Part shown: positions 46,230-59,681 of the stretch, one piece after another
How positions within the stretch are numbered: position 1 is the first letter of the stretch
Layout of the letters: every line of letters begins with the position of its first letter
DNA from: Chrysomallon squamiferum
Lineage: Eukaryota > Animalia > Mollusca
DNA length: 64,000 nt
Direction: 5' to 3'
Assembly: GCA_012295275.1 (NCBI GenBank)
Contig: CM022679.1
Coordinates: 27,838,001-27,902,000 of the forward strand
Notes under the pieces: model-generated
Database searches by the model: none
What the model saw: the letters and a program-made list of their open reading frames with translations, nothing else
What the model was told of the DNA's origin: nothing
Position numbers and translations under genes: made by a program

Positions 46230-47079
46230 AAGTGAAAAGCAGTAAACAGGAGTCCAGCCTGCTGTGATTTGTGAGGCGATCGCTCTAACCATTAAACCAG
46301 TTTCCAGTGGTTATTGTGTGAAAGGGAGATTATCACAGCAGATCGTTACAAGAGAATCACAGTAATTGGCGGTGAAAGGCGAGACTCCCAGTACGTATGA
46401 GTTAATCACAGTTTTTATATCCACTTACGTCCACGCAGGAACGCCGAGTTCACCGCAAGTCTAAACCAATATTTTACCAGGCTTTCAACACATCACAAAA
46501 AGTGAAAACCGCAGTAAAATGTTTTGTCATGATCTCTGAAATGACTGTGAGGAAGTGAAACTCTGAACGTGACAATTAAACAAAGATAAATAAACGAAAT
46601 GAGGGTTAATGGTCGCTGCTTCAGGCCTACATTAAAACAGACGAATGGTTGTCGCTGATTGAATCTTTGACTCCGTCCTGCCCATCAATATGTACAGTTA
46701 ATAATGAAAGAATGTACAGGAGACGTCGTTGTTTACTCTGAAATATCTAGTGCAAACACCAGTACGATAAGAATTGATTTCAAGTGAAAGAGACAAACAG
46801 GCAGATAGACAGATGGGTGGATGAATTAATATGCGGCCAACAGAACGTAACGAAAGTTAGATGGATGGATAGATAAATCACAGATAGAGATAAATTTGCA
46901 TATATATATATATACATGTGAATGTATGTATGTGTGTATGTATTTATGTATGCAGGAATGTATTTTAAATGTATTAAAGATTTGAATATTCTCTGTTTTA
47001 TGTACGTCTGGTTAGATTCTGCACATAGACAATATTCGGGAACGGGACAAAATCCAGTCACGAACGCACAAACGTCAGA

Positions 47080-47162
47080 TGCCGCTGACGAGACTCGAAC
47101 GTATGACACCCTTCGCCCACGCCCCACTGGCAGAAGACAATACCACACGGCCAGCATCAAAC
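47080..47162 (-). mobile_element. Degenerate tRNA-like sequence (SINE head or tRNA pseudogene)
   Basis: Minus strand reads GTTGATGC-TGGCCGTGTGGT (A-box-like) ... GTTCGAGTC (B-box-like) TCGT-CAGCGGC-A; ends pair at 6 of 7 positions as an acceptor stem; T-stem and anticodon arm are degenerate. Confidence 0.35.
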
Positions 47163-47831
47163 AAATCTGCTCAGAGAATAATCATCGCTTCCTGTGAAAC
47201 CAGCCATTATTTTTGTCTTTCGCCATTTTTCATGCATTTATTGTTTTGGGTAAGTTAGCATTGGCAGGTAGGTATTTAGGACTGAATACTCTGTTGTCTT
47301 ATGTATCTATGTGTGTGAGTATATGTATGTGTGTATGTTTGTATGTATGTAAAGATGGATGGCTGCATTTTCGTTTTGTTTTTGTATATATGATGCATAT
47401 GTGCATGCGTAGATATGTACATATTGTTTATTTACGTAAAACAATGTAAAATTGCAATTCATTTAAAAAATAAAGTGTTCTGTGTTTCTAATGTCACCGT
47501 TATTACTTGTTTAATATAAAACTAATTTAGTCAACGAAATCATACTTGAACATTTTTAATAGGTATTTTCACAAGTTAAAATGGTGACAGTAATTTTGTG
47601 TTTGGGAACGTTGCCGTGACAACGTGTTTAAGAAGGGATTTTGGCGACAGCTGCACAATGGAAGATGACAAGATGTGTTATTGATTTTATATGATCTGCC
47701 AAGGTCAAATTTAAGAAAAATTAAATTTTTCTGGAAAACATGAAAATAGAGAAACTGAATTTTTTTTCTTTTAAGTTTTTTTGTTTTACGTGTCAACTTT
47801 CTTAGTCACCCTTTCTATCTGTTTTCATTAA

Positions 47832-48140
47832 ACAATACATACATACATACATTCATACTTACATACATACATATATACACATATACATACATACACACAT
47901 ACATAAACACATACATATATACACATATACATACATACACACATACATACATATATACATACATTCATAAATACATTCATACATACATACACACATACAT
48001 ACATACATACATACATACATAGATTCATACAGATTCTGTTAAAAATATATACACACCGATTCACATAGATATACACATAGATATACACACATACATACAC
48101 ATATATTCGCATACACATGACACACATAGACACATACACA
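47832..48140. repeat. (TACA)n/(CA)n degenerate microsatellite
   Basis: Seen directly. Confidence 0.85.
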
Positions 48141-49417
48141 TTTGCTCGCCTATAATGAACTTTTTTTCTGTTTTATTTCTTACATTCAGCTCAGATTTTC
48201 TCTTCAGTTTTTGAAATAAGTGTAAAGGTGTTCCAGAATCTGGTGTTTGTCTGTATGTCTGTCCATCTCTTTCTTCTAAGCGATTGCTTTTCTCGCATGT
48301 CTGTGATCATCATTATTGTCTTCACCACCACATTACCATGGTCATTTTCATGTACATCGTCTACATCATCACCAAATATTATTATCAACATTATCATCAT
48401 TGCTGTGATCACTTTCCATCATAATCACTAGTTATCATTCTCATCACCATAACTATCATCCTCATCATTACCATCATCATCATCATCATCATCACCGTTA
48501 TCGTTCTTATCATGGACTGGTTCACATCCGGGTCATGTATATGTATGTATGTATCATGTATATGTTTATATATAGTGTGTTATTATTATATATTTGTATA
48601 TATGTATGTATTATGTGTATATTGTGTGTGTACGTACACTGTTAAATGTTAATAAATTTCGGCTGCTTAATATTTACATTTATTATCAGTATCTCCCGTC
48701 TTCCTTGAACGTAATTCTACAACAGAACTCATTTTTCATCAATTTACTTGAATAAATATTTAAACTTTTTCACGTGATTATTTTTCAGTTGTGGACAGAC
48801 AGTGCACATTCAGACAGACGTATTTACATCTCTCTCACAGTTTACAAATATTTTCAATCAAGCTGTTAAACCCATATAAGCAGCTGTTTTGTTGAAAACA
48901 ATTTCTAGCAAACGTAGAATGTATGGCAGTCTTATTTGCCATAGTGTTATTAGTCCATTAATTTCTTCTTAAACAAGATCGATACGTTTAAATTAGGACT
49001 CTACTATAACGAAGCCATAATGGTGACTTGAAAATAAAGCTTTATATATTTATGGCGACGCCGGTTTTTCATACTTCTCGTTAGAAGTTCGCGTCTTTCG
49101 CAATCGCCAAATAAAGTTTGTGTTTATGAAAGCTGGAGCATGACTCGCGGATGTTGACGTCAGAGAATAAACACAGTTTTGTGGTATCCTGAGTTAACGT
49201 ACACACACGGCTGTGTTATAAAGAGGTTGTAAGAGACGTTAAAGAAATCACATATTACACGTTTTTCTTTTATAGTTGAGTTTCAAACATAGCGTTTTAC
49301 TGAACTGATAAAATACCTGGGTAATATCAGACTGTCAGAGACAATATATCACTGTATGCTGTTTTATCAGGTTAAAAAAAGATATATAATAAATAAAATT
49401 GTTCTGTTATGCATTAC

Positions 49418-49700
49418 AAAGGTGAAGTTTTAAGAGGTGATGTTTTACAGAGGTGTTATTATACAGAGGTGACATATTAATGATGCGCTATTTTACAGAA
49501 ACTGTATAATAAAGAAAGGTATTGTTTTATAGAGGTGATGTTTACAGAATTGACGTTATACAGAGATGGCTTTAAAAAGGTGGTGTTTTGAAGAGGTCTG
49601 ATTTCAGAGAGACTATATATTAAAGAAAGGTGGTGTTTTATACAGATGTGTTAAAAGTGTGTTTTAAAGAGGTGGTGTTACACAGAGTTGACACCGAGGT
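49418..49700. repeat. Highly degenerate ~16-bp repeat (agaggtgatgttttac-like)
   Basis: Recurrent gaggtg...ttta motif. Confidence 0.55.
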
Positions 49701-49967
49701 AATTGATTATAATTGAATTATTCAGACAGAAGAGGTTGTCAGGATCTGTCTGTGTGTGACAGTTATTAATATGTTCTCCTACTAAGTAGAAACTCATTAC
49801 AGAATTTTCTCCTATTGATTTTATATATAATTGTTTTATATATGATTACTTTATATATAATCGTTTTCTTCTCGCAGGTCAGCTGCAATGGAAAATATTT
49901 CATTTAGTTTCATTGTTCCTTGCTTATTTAACAGATCTACAACACATGCATATACACACACACACAT

Positions 49968-49998
<31 letters not shown>

Positions 49999-50389
49999 TA
50001 CACATGCGCGCGTTCAGATAGAAAGACAGATACTGTCTCATGTTATTATTTGCAATACGTGTAATTAATTAAGAGTTTTAACTTGCGTACTTGACATTAT
50101 CAAGTTTGACTGACAGGACATCTGATGGCTCTTATCTTTGATTTCACAATTTTAATATGGCTCGCTGATCTAATGGCTTTTATATGAAGTTCACACTGAA
50201 TGTAAAGATAAAACTGTAAACAGTCAAAAATCAGTTAGAATCGACACAGAAATCAAGAATATGGAGAGAACATTTATTATTTAACAGAAAAAAAGCAAAT
50301 GTAAAGGAAAAATTATGATAATAGAAAAACAAAGGCAACATTCCAAATATTAACTGACATTTGACTGAATAAAAAGCTGAACAGCAAAA

Positions 50390-51325
50390 ATATATGATAA
50401 TACAGACATTACGTAGGTTATGATTACAGTGATGAACAAAAAGGTAAACAACAACAGAAAATAAAGATATGATATATAGACATTACATAGACTATAACTA
50501 CATTTATACATAAAAAGTAAACAAAAATGATATATACTACAAATATTACATAGATGAATAAAAACAACAATAACCAAAAAAATAAATAAAATAAAGATAT
50601 GATATATAGACATTACATAGACTATAACTACATTTATACATAAAAAAGTAAAGAAAAATGATACTACAAATATTACATAGATGAATAAAAACAACAATAA
50701 CCAAAAAAAAAAAAAAAAAATAAAGATATGATATATAGACATTACATAGACTATAACTACATTTATACATAAAAAAGTAAACAAAAATGATATATACTAC
50801 AAAAATACATATGAATAAAAAAAAAACAATAACCAAAAAATAAATAAAATAAAGATGATGATATAAGACATTACATAGACTATAACTACAATAATAAAAA
50901 AAGTAAAGAAAAATGAAAAAATAAATAGATGAAAAAAAACAACAATAACCAAAAAAAAAAAAAAAAAAAAAGATATGATATATAGACATTACATAGACTA
51001 TAACTACATTTATACATAAAAAAGTAAACAAAAATGATATATACTACAAATATTACATAGATGAATAAAAACAACAATAACCAAAAAAAAAATAAAATAA
51101 AGATATGATATATAGACATTACATAGACTATAACTACATTTATACATAAAAAAGTAAACAAAAATGATATATACTACAAATATTACATAGATGAATAAAA
51201 ACAACAATAACCAAAAAAATAAATAAAATAAAGCTATGATATATAGACATTACATAGACTACACTGATGCCTAAAAAGGTAAACAGAAATGGTAAATGCT
51301 ACAGACATTACATAGGTTATAACTT
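50390..51325. repeat. ~130-bp AT-rich tandem repeat, ~7 copies
   Basis: gacattacatagacta core recurs at ~50479, 50609, 50738, 50867, 50985, 51115 and 51246; A-tract lengths vary between copies. Confidence 0.92.
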
Positions 51326-51897
51326 CAGCGAACAGTCATAAAGTAAACAAACAAACATACTGGGTACGTTATACCACAGTTACTGTAGAAAAGGTTTTCC
51401 GTGAACTGAGGTTTTATATTTGGATTACCTAAGATATAAGGATAGTAGTTGTAATGGTACTAGTAGTAGTAGTAGCAGTAGATGTAGTATTAGAAGTTTT
51501 AGTTGTAATAGTATAAGTGTTTGCAGTCCTGCTTTGCGTGTTTGTTTATTTGTTTAGAAAACTATGTTTAATAACAAAGAATTACCAAATTAATTTTAAA
51601 ATGTTCACATTTCTATTGAAAATGATTTCACAAAATATCATATTATAGTGAGAATAAAGAAGTCATTATTTTGTATCAGCGAGATTAAATCAAACTTGAC
51701 TTTGAGTTGATTAAAACTGAAAATGGAATTTCAGTTTAAACAAAAATATCTTCTTTCCCTCTGTATTATTTGAAAGTGTCACCACGGCCATAACAAAGCA
51801 CGCAAGAATATAATCTGTGATATATGTATTTTCTTTTAAAATCTATTTTTTACTCATCTATTTTTTTATTGTTTTTTTAATGTTTCAAGTAATCGTT

Positions 51898-52025
51898 AGT
51901 GTGAATGTATCAAGTAAACATTAAAGTGTGAATGTACCAAGTAAACATTAAAGTGTGAATGTATCAAGTAAACACTAGTGTGAATATACCAAGTAAACAT
52001 TAAAATGTTAATATATTAGGTAAAC
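51898..52025. repeat. ~27-bp tandem repeat (agtgtgaatgtatcaagtaaacattaa), 4-5 copies
   Basis: Seen directly. Confidence 0.85.
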
Positions 52026-52184
52026 AGAAATTTAAATGGGTTACATTTGCTTGAATTTATTTATTTGACTATTTATTTGTCTGTTTATTTATTTATTTAT
52101 TTAGGTACCATGAAGAGTAACTAACGTTATTAATAATGCAGCAGTGATGCATGGGGGATCAAAAGTAATATTATTTCCATTAAT

Positions 52185-52405
52185 AATATTTACGTCAAAA
52201 ACATCTGATATTGTCACGTGACAATGATATCTCATATTATTTACATGAAAGTCATCTGATAGTGTTGCATAACAATGATATCTAGTATTATTTGCATGAA
52301 CTTCATCTAGTATTTTTGTCTAACAATGATATGAAGTATTACTTACATAAAAGTCATTTAAAACCAAAAATATTGTCACGATGACATCTAGTATTTTTTA
52401 CATAA
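52185..52405. repeat. Degenerate ~49-bp tandem repeat, ~4 copies; first copy holds the 16-bp palindrome attgtcacgtgacaat
   Basis: acaatgatat...tatt.catgaa recurs. Confidence 0.6.
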
Positions 52406-53045
52406 CAGTATGAAGACTGAGAAATAATTAAGAGACAAAAAATGAATAATGTACATGTGTTAAAGGAAAGCTAATTAATCCTGGTACAGAATCACAGCAA
52501 CAGGTGACGTTATGTTTATTGACACTGCCTCTGCATTGTTTCCTTCGGTGAAATTAATATTTTTACGATTCACTTTAAGACGCTAGGCTAATACAATCAG
52601 TTAGGGAAAAGCTATAAAGTGGCAGATCGTGTTTTATTGTCGTATAAAATTAAATTTCTTTCACGTGTTTTATAAACGTTTCACGCAGAATGTGCAAAGA
52701 CCCAGCCGTGAAAGTGTACAGTTTGAATTTCAATAGGATGACTCGGAAATAAAATATTTTATAAAAATCTAAATTATATAAAAATAGTTATGTAATAATT
52801 GTAATAATTTATAAAGAAAGGAGGTTTAAGATAGGTTTAAAATTATTATTTTAAGTTTGTATGTATGTATATATATATAGTCAGTGAAATTACCTATACC
52901 AAATTATTAGAACAAGACAGGTGCAAAAACTGACACGCCGATGATAATTATGGTGATGATGATATTATCATCATCATCATCAAAATAATAAAAAGAACTG
53001 CAAAAACAGTAAATAAATAAATAAAAATAATAGTATAGTATTTAA

Positions 53046-53076
<31 letters not shown>

Positions 53077-53376
53077 TAATGTTGATGATGATGATAAAGG
53101 TGATGACAACAATAGTAATAATAATTAAAAATCGCTGGAGTGATAAGTAAAAAGAAAAACGTGTAAGGAAAACAACACTCCAAGGTGAACGGAAAAACAA
53201 GAATTTTTATTACTATTGATTATTTTATCCTGTATTTGAGATTCAGATCAAAGTGTCATTATGAGCTATAATTCATATTAAAATACATTAACTGTCAAAC
53301 ACAATCATAAAACTAAATATTAAAATAAACAGTTATGATGATAAAAAAAATAAAACAAGTAAAAAGTTATTCTAAT

Positions 53377-53729
53377 TCTCTCTCTCTGTCTGTCTGTCTA
53401 TGTGTTTATGTCTCTGTATGACTGTCAATCTGTTGTATTTCTCTCTGTCTCTACTTTTTCTATCTGTGTTTCTGTCTGTCTCTTTATTTCTCTGTCTTTC
53501 TTTTATATATTTGTCAGTGTTTGTCTATTTATCTGTCTCTCTCTCTCTTTGTTTGTCTGTCACTCTGTCTTTCTCTCTGTTTTTTCTGTCTCTCTTTCTG
53601 CGTGCGTTTCTTTCAGTCTGTGTGTCCATCTGTCTCTTTATTTCTGTATCTGTATTTTTGTATGTATATTTGTCTTTCTCTGTCTTTCTGTCTGTTTGTT
53701 TGGCTATATCTCTCTGTTTGTCTATGTGT

Positions 53730-53817
<88 letters not shown>

Positions 53818-53833
53818 CTCCATCTCTCTCTCT
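53377..53833. repeat. Pyrimidine-rich (TCTG/TC)n low-complexity tract ending in (CT)n
   Basis: Seen directly. Confidence 0.85.
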
Positions 53834-53879
53834 TTGTTTTACGAGAAATTCGCCTACAGTCTGAGTTTAAAGATCGAAC

Positions 53880-54072
53880 TCCCGATGCTAATGGCAGTAA
53901 CGTATTCTCTGATTGGTCAGCGTCAGAAAGGGCTGATTGATTCGCTCGCGCTGACAAGGCATGCGTATCATGATAGCTCAGTGCGTTGTAGCGTCAGCAG
54001 AGAAAGCGTGTCACGTCTGGCATTTACTCTATCGAGACTCGCGAGACAACTCTTTGCCGTGGGAAGGTAGGA
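53880..54072 (+). promoter_or_regulatory. Candidate promoter plus short non-coding first exon
   Basis: CpG-rich islet; reverse CCAAT box CTGATTGG at ~53909; initiator-like TCAGT at 53978; donor-like AAG/GTAGGA at 54066/54067. Confidence 0.3.
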
Positions 54073-54097
54073 AAATACTTTTTTGTTTTTCATATTT

Positions 54098-54436
54098 AAC
54101 ACGTTTAATTATCATGTAAATTGTTTTATCTGTGTTCTAAACACGTTTAATTATCATGTAAATTGTTTTATCTGTGTTCTAAACACGTTTAATTATGATG
54201 TAAATTTTTTATCTGTATTCTAAACACGTTTAATTATCATGTAAATTATTTTATCTGTGATCTAAACACGTTTAATTATCATGTAAATTATTTTATCTGT
54301 GTTCTAAACACGTTTAATTATGATGTAAATTGTTTTATCTGTGATCTAAACACGTTTAATTATGATGTAAATTGTTTTATCTGTGATCTAAACACGTTTA
54401 ATTATGATGTAAATTGTTTTATCTGTGTGCTAAACA
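54098..54436. repeat. 42-bp minisatellite (aaacacgtttaattatcatgtaaattgttttatctgtgttct), ~8 copies
   Basis: 42-bp period (54139, 54181, ...). Confidence 0.95.
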
Positions 54437-55524
54437 TAATCTGTGTAGCAACTAGTAAGAGAAAATAAAAATGAAAAAGAAAAGAAAATAAAGAAAGAAA
54501 CACCCGAAGAATAATAAAAGTAAAAATGGAAAATTAAAACATAATAACAAGTACTCAGAATTTTATATTTTGCTGATGCATATAAATGTTTTGTTTCTGA
54601 CCTTCATAGGCGAAATTTAAGTTTGATATATTTCGTTTGTTTTAATTCCGAAAGTCTTTTTAAAACTAGATGTATGTTAAAAAACATCCACTTTAGAGTG
54701 AATATTTTCCGTTAAATTGTTGCATATATTTTTCTTAACTACATTTCACTGAATTAATTTGGGTTTGTTGTTGCATAGATGGAGAAACAAAATTTTGTTT
54801 AGTTCTACTTTTTCGGATGAAAATGTGTATACTCTTAATTTAACACGCATTAAAATTCTGAGAAGTATATGATGTAAATGTTTTAGACAAACAGAACATT
54901 GTACATTTTGTGCATGCTAAAACAGTGACGTAATTAAAAAATTAATTCATACTAAGACGGATGACAAAGGGCGGATAAGACTGACGGGTGTCTGGGATGT
55001 AAAATGTGATGAGAATCCTGTGAGAAGTGATAGAAAGTTAAAGTTTGAGAAGGTGACGTAAGGTAAAGAGAGGATTAGAGTGAGATAAAAATGTGTAAAC
55101 AAAGTATTTTACAAAATAAAATTTGTTTCTAAGTCAGAATTTGCGGTGTTGTTGTAGTCGTTAATTAAAGTTAACACTAATTAAATTAATAATTTATTTA
55201 AATTACAGATTAAACTAACAAACGCGCGAACTGTAGCTAATCAACAATCGCAGGTGCATACAACCAGGTAACACGTACACACGCAAAACAAACAAACAAC
55301 ACAAAAGACGTGTTTGGGAACTGACAATAAATCTTTTTCGATTAAAGAATCTGGGAGAGTTAGTAATTTGACATGGAACTGATAACTGTTTGGAAGGTTA
55401 AATTTATTAATGTTAGTACTTGTGTGTAGACACTGTGATTAACACGTGTTTGTATTCATTAGTTCATTTTATTCTGTGATGGCATTTCTCAGATCACTGC
55501 TGTTACATTCTGAGGCAATATCTG

Positions 55525-55566
<42 letters not shown>

Positions 55567-55739
55567 ATGTAATCAGCTTACAACTAATACAGTCCATTTT
55601 TTGTTTCAACTGTTCTACGTTGTGTAAAAATATTTTATTTCTTCAGTTCATTGTTGTTGTTCTGTTACTTGTAACCTAAGTTCGTTTTCTTTTTCCAGCG
55701 TTAAAAATTAATTATTGCTTTCAGCATCTTCTTCTTCTT

Positions 55740-55770
<31 letters not shown>

Positions 55771-56105
55771 TTATTATTATTATTATTATTTTTATTTTAT
55801 TTTTTTTGGATGATGTATATTATATTTTGTTTTGAACGTATTCTTAGTTAAGAGAAATTCATTCTACAAACATTTTTTTCTTGTTATTAATTAAATAACG
55901 ACAAACGTTTACGTAATTGTTATTATTTTTCTATCGCTTAAACACTTATAACTATTAATTTTGTTCAGCAAATGACTGAATTCTTTACTCTTTTTTCATT
56001 TTTCTCTCTCTCTTTTTTCTTCGTTTTATTTCATTATCAACATCTGTTCAACCTAATATTATTATTTTTTCAAATTTCATTAGCGTATTATTTTTATTGT
56101 ACTTT

Positions 56106-56110
<5 letters not shown>

Positions 56111-56203
<93 letters not shown>
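56111..56203. repeat. (AT)n-(AGAT)n compound microsatellite
   Basis: Seen directly. Confidence 0.9.
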
Positions 56204-57034
56204 TAGATCTATATGTAGATATATATTATTATATTAGCGTATTACTTTCATTCTATTAACACAAATTTTTTATTATATTAAAGTAGTATTTTTATTGTAT
56301 TAATATATATATATTTATTATATTAGCATTTATTGTATTACATTTATTCTATTAACATATATATTTGTTATTATATTTACGTATAATTTTTAATGCATTA
56401 CATTTTTTGTGATTATTTATTTTTATTTTATAGCATATACTTTCTGCTGTTTTAACATATTATTTTATTAACGGATACTTCTATAACATTAACGTGTCAT
56501 TTAGCTGTGTTACTCCTTGCTTTTCGCTGTGTAACATATACTTTTCATTTCGTTAAAATATCTTTTTAACTGCGTTCAGCATTTTTATATCAGTAACATT
56601 TTGATTTTTATACCCCTGACGTATTCTTTTGATTCAATTACCATGTTCTTTCTACTCTATCAAAGTATTCAATCAGCGTATTTTTTCTTCTGATTACAAT
56701 TTTTTGTTTGTTTTTATTTTTATTCCTTTTGCGAATTTCTTTTTATTCAAATTACCTTTTTTCTTCTTTTTAACCGAATGGCCTTACCCTTTTAAATACG
56801 TGACGCTTACAATTAAATTAGACACGTTTTGCACACTACCGATACATTGCTAGAAAACATTGTCAGTCTCCAAAATATATTTATTAAAATATCATTTCAC
56901 TTTTAAAAACTGATTAATGTGACCTTCATTCAGTATTGAATTTAATAAATTTACTTTTTATTTTTTTTTAGAAAATTAGTCCTAAAAATAAAGCTATTCA
57001 AATAAATACTATTTATAATAATAATGATGATGAC

Positions 57035-57078
<44 letters not shown>

Positions 57079-57229
57079 TACAAGCACTGATTTAAAAGAA
57101 CAATATTAAGTTTTGTTAAACAAGAAAAAAGAAAGATATAAAAAGTAAAAGTACATATTTAATTATACATGGGAAGTAACAATTTCGTTAGTATTTGTCG
57201 AAGAGAGAAATACTACTTGATAATTAGTA

Positions 57230-57368
57230 ACTGATAGAGCTATATTGTACACTGATAGAGCTATATTGTACACTGATAGAGCTATATTGTGCACTGATAG
57301 AGCTATATTGTACACTGATTCAGCTATATTGTACACTGATACAGCTATATTGTACACTGATAGAGCTA
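57230..57368. repeat. 21-bp minisatellite (actgatagagctatattgtac), ~6.5 copies
   Basis: Seen directly. Confidence 0.93.
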
Positions 57369-57479
57369 GAAACTTCAAATTGAATTAATTAGTTTCTGTT
57401 TCTGAAATATATATATTACTCTCTTGCATTTACTTGGATAAAACACATTATTTTGATGGTGTACACCATAATTGTTTGT

Positions 57480-57523
<44 letters not shown>

Positions 57524-57611
57524 TCAAAGTAAATGAAACAGAATAATGTAAACATATGCAGAACGAAGTAAAATAAACAAGAAGTAAATACTAAAACTGT
57601 GTGCTACTACG

Positions 57612-57648
57612 CTAGACCTATGATTTATCTTCTCCGTTGCGGAGAAGA
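57612..57648 (-). mobile_element. Possible Helitron-type 3' terminus (hairpin + CTAG)
   Basis: Perfect 9-bp stem TCTTCTCCG-CAA-CGGAGAAGA followed after 12 nt by CTAG on the minus strand; next base is C rather than the canonical T. Confidence 0.3.
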
Positions 57649-58064
57649 AACGGTTGTTTAGAAAATCCTTTTTCCTTTTCAAACTGATTTCTTTCTATCC
57701 TTGATTATTTTGAAAATGAATTTGCAACTTTGCTGCATTTCGACGATGTACTGACTATCATGGACTGTCAGGGTTAAGATTTAGATAACTATTCAGCTGC
57801 ACATGTTTTCTCTTTGAATTATAACGTTTCAGGATTAATTCTAACATGTTACTGGATCGAAACCACCTTCAACCACAGTTAATTACACGGGTTTAGCCAG
57901 TTTCCATTTTTACTAACCAGCAAAAATACGAAGGAAAAAAAAAAAAGAAAGTAATATTAATCTTCATAAGACATCTTTTTTTTTTTTTCAAATCATTTTT
58001 CCTGGAATTACCTTACTGCATTAGCACAGTTTCTTTCAGCTTTGATAATTAAATCTGAAGTGAA

Positions 58065-58262
58065 CACAATATTGTTGTATTTAACTAAATACTACGATGA
58101 ATACAATATCGTTGTATTTAACTGAATACTGAAATGAGTACAGTCTCGCTTATATTTAACTAAATACTATGATGAATACAGTATCGTTGTATTTAACTAA
58201 ATACTGAAATGAGAACAATGCTGGCGTATTGAACTAAAAACTACGATGAATACAGTATCGGT
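58065..58262. repeat. Degenerate ~38-bp tandem repeat (aactaaatactacgatgaatacagtatcgttgtattt), ~5 copies, alternating ctacgatgaa / ctgaaatgag variants
   Basis: Seen directly. Confidence 0.75.
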
Positions 58263-58717
58263 AAAACAAATTCGCCTGACATCACTTTATCATTCCGAAG
58301 CTGTGACGTTTTATGTGTTAATTTCCGGTTCGTATGTGTTAATGTGACGTCATTCTTATTACTGACATACCTGCTACAGCGCACACATAACGAAGCGACA
58401 TAAAGACCTGTTTGAATAATTTCTGACGTACAAGCGCCGCACACTCACAGTTGATAGTTTGCACAGAGAGACAAACGTCACTCGCAGTTCCTTATTTTCC
58501 GACTTATTTTAAATTAAGGCAACTTCCGTCGTTTAGATCCTCCTTATAAAAGCAGGTGTTTCCGCAACATGCGCGGCATTATTAGCCTAAACCAAAGTAC
58601 ACCAAACCTGTAACCATTCACTTAACACATTTCTCACATTTCAGCTGTTGTGTTGCCTCTCCCTCGCGAAACGTGAATTATAATGATGATGAGGAAGATG
58701 ATGACAACGATGATGAA

Positions 58718-59225
58718 GTCATGTTTCAAACTTGACTATCATGTTTCATGATCTAAATCTGACACTTGACAATCACGTGTTACAAACTAAATCTGACACT
58801 TGACAACACGTGTTTCAGACTAAATCTGACACTTGACAATCACATACTTCAGTCTAAATATGACTCTTGACTATCATGTTTCAAACTAAATCTGACACTT
58901 AACAATCACCGTGATTCAATCTAAATCTGACACTTGACAATCACGTGTTTCAAACTAAATCTGACACTTGACTATCACGTGTTTCAAACTAAATCTGACA
59001 CTTGACTATCATATGTTTCAATCTAAATCTGACTTTGACAATTACATGTTTCAAATTAAATATAACACTTGACAATCACGTGATTCAATCTAAATATGAG
59101 GCTGGACAATAACGTGTTTCAAATTAAATATAACACTTGACAATCACATGATCCAAATTAAATCTGATACTTGACAATCGCGTGATTCAAACTGAATCTG
59201 ATACTTGAAAACTCCGAGATTCAAA
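58718..59225. repeat. ~34-bp minisatellite (ctaaatctgacacttgacaatcacgtgtttcaaa), ~14 copies
   Basis: Seen directly; several copies keep CACGTG. Confidence 0.92.
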
Positions 59226-59681
59226 ACAGAAACCTATCATAAATATTTTATTCTTTCTCAAAGCAGAAACAATCGCCATATTGATGACATCAAAGAGCAG
59301 GAGAATTATAGCGCGCCATTACCGGTGAAATGAGAAAAATGAAATAAAACAAGCGAGCTCGTACATTGCTCTCACTCCTTTTGTCCACTTAATCCACGAG
59401 AATATGATAGCAGTGTCGGAATTAGTGGAATAACGCGCTCAATTCAGTGTTTACGAGTTCTTACTTTTTTTTATTTATTTAATAGCATAGAATGAATTTC
59501 ATGGCTGGTGGACTGGTTCTTAAATATAGTTAGACAGGTAAACATGATATCGTGTAAACTCAGCTATACAAACACACGTGACACTATGAGAAAATATGCT
59601 CAGTTTGGTTGAATTCACTCTACGCATTATTAACATACACACCTATCCAAATAACTTTGTTTTCTCCCATCTCTCCACCAT

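Noticed and set aside
45837-46292. ORFs in several frames with HETSSAYTRPVQP repeats
   Set aside because: A stop-poor 20-bp minisatellite; unit length is not a multiple of 3 and there is no splice or homology support.
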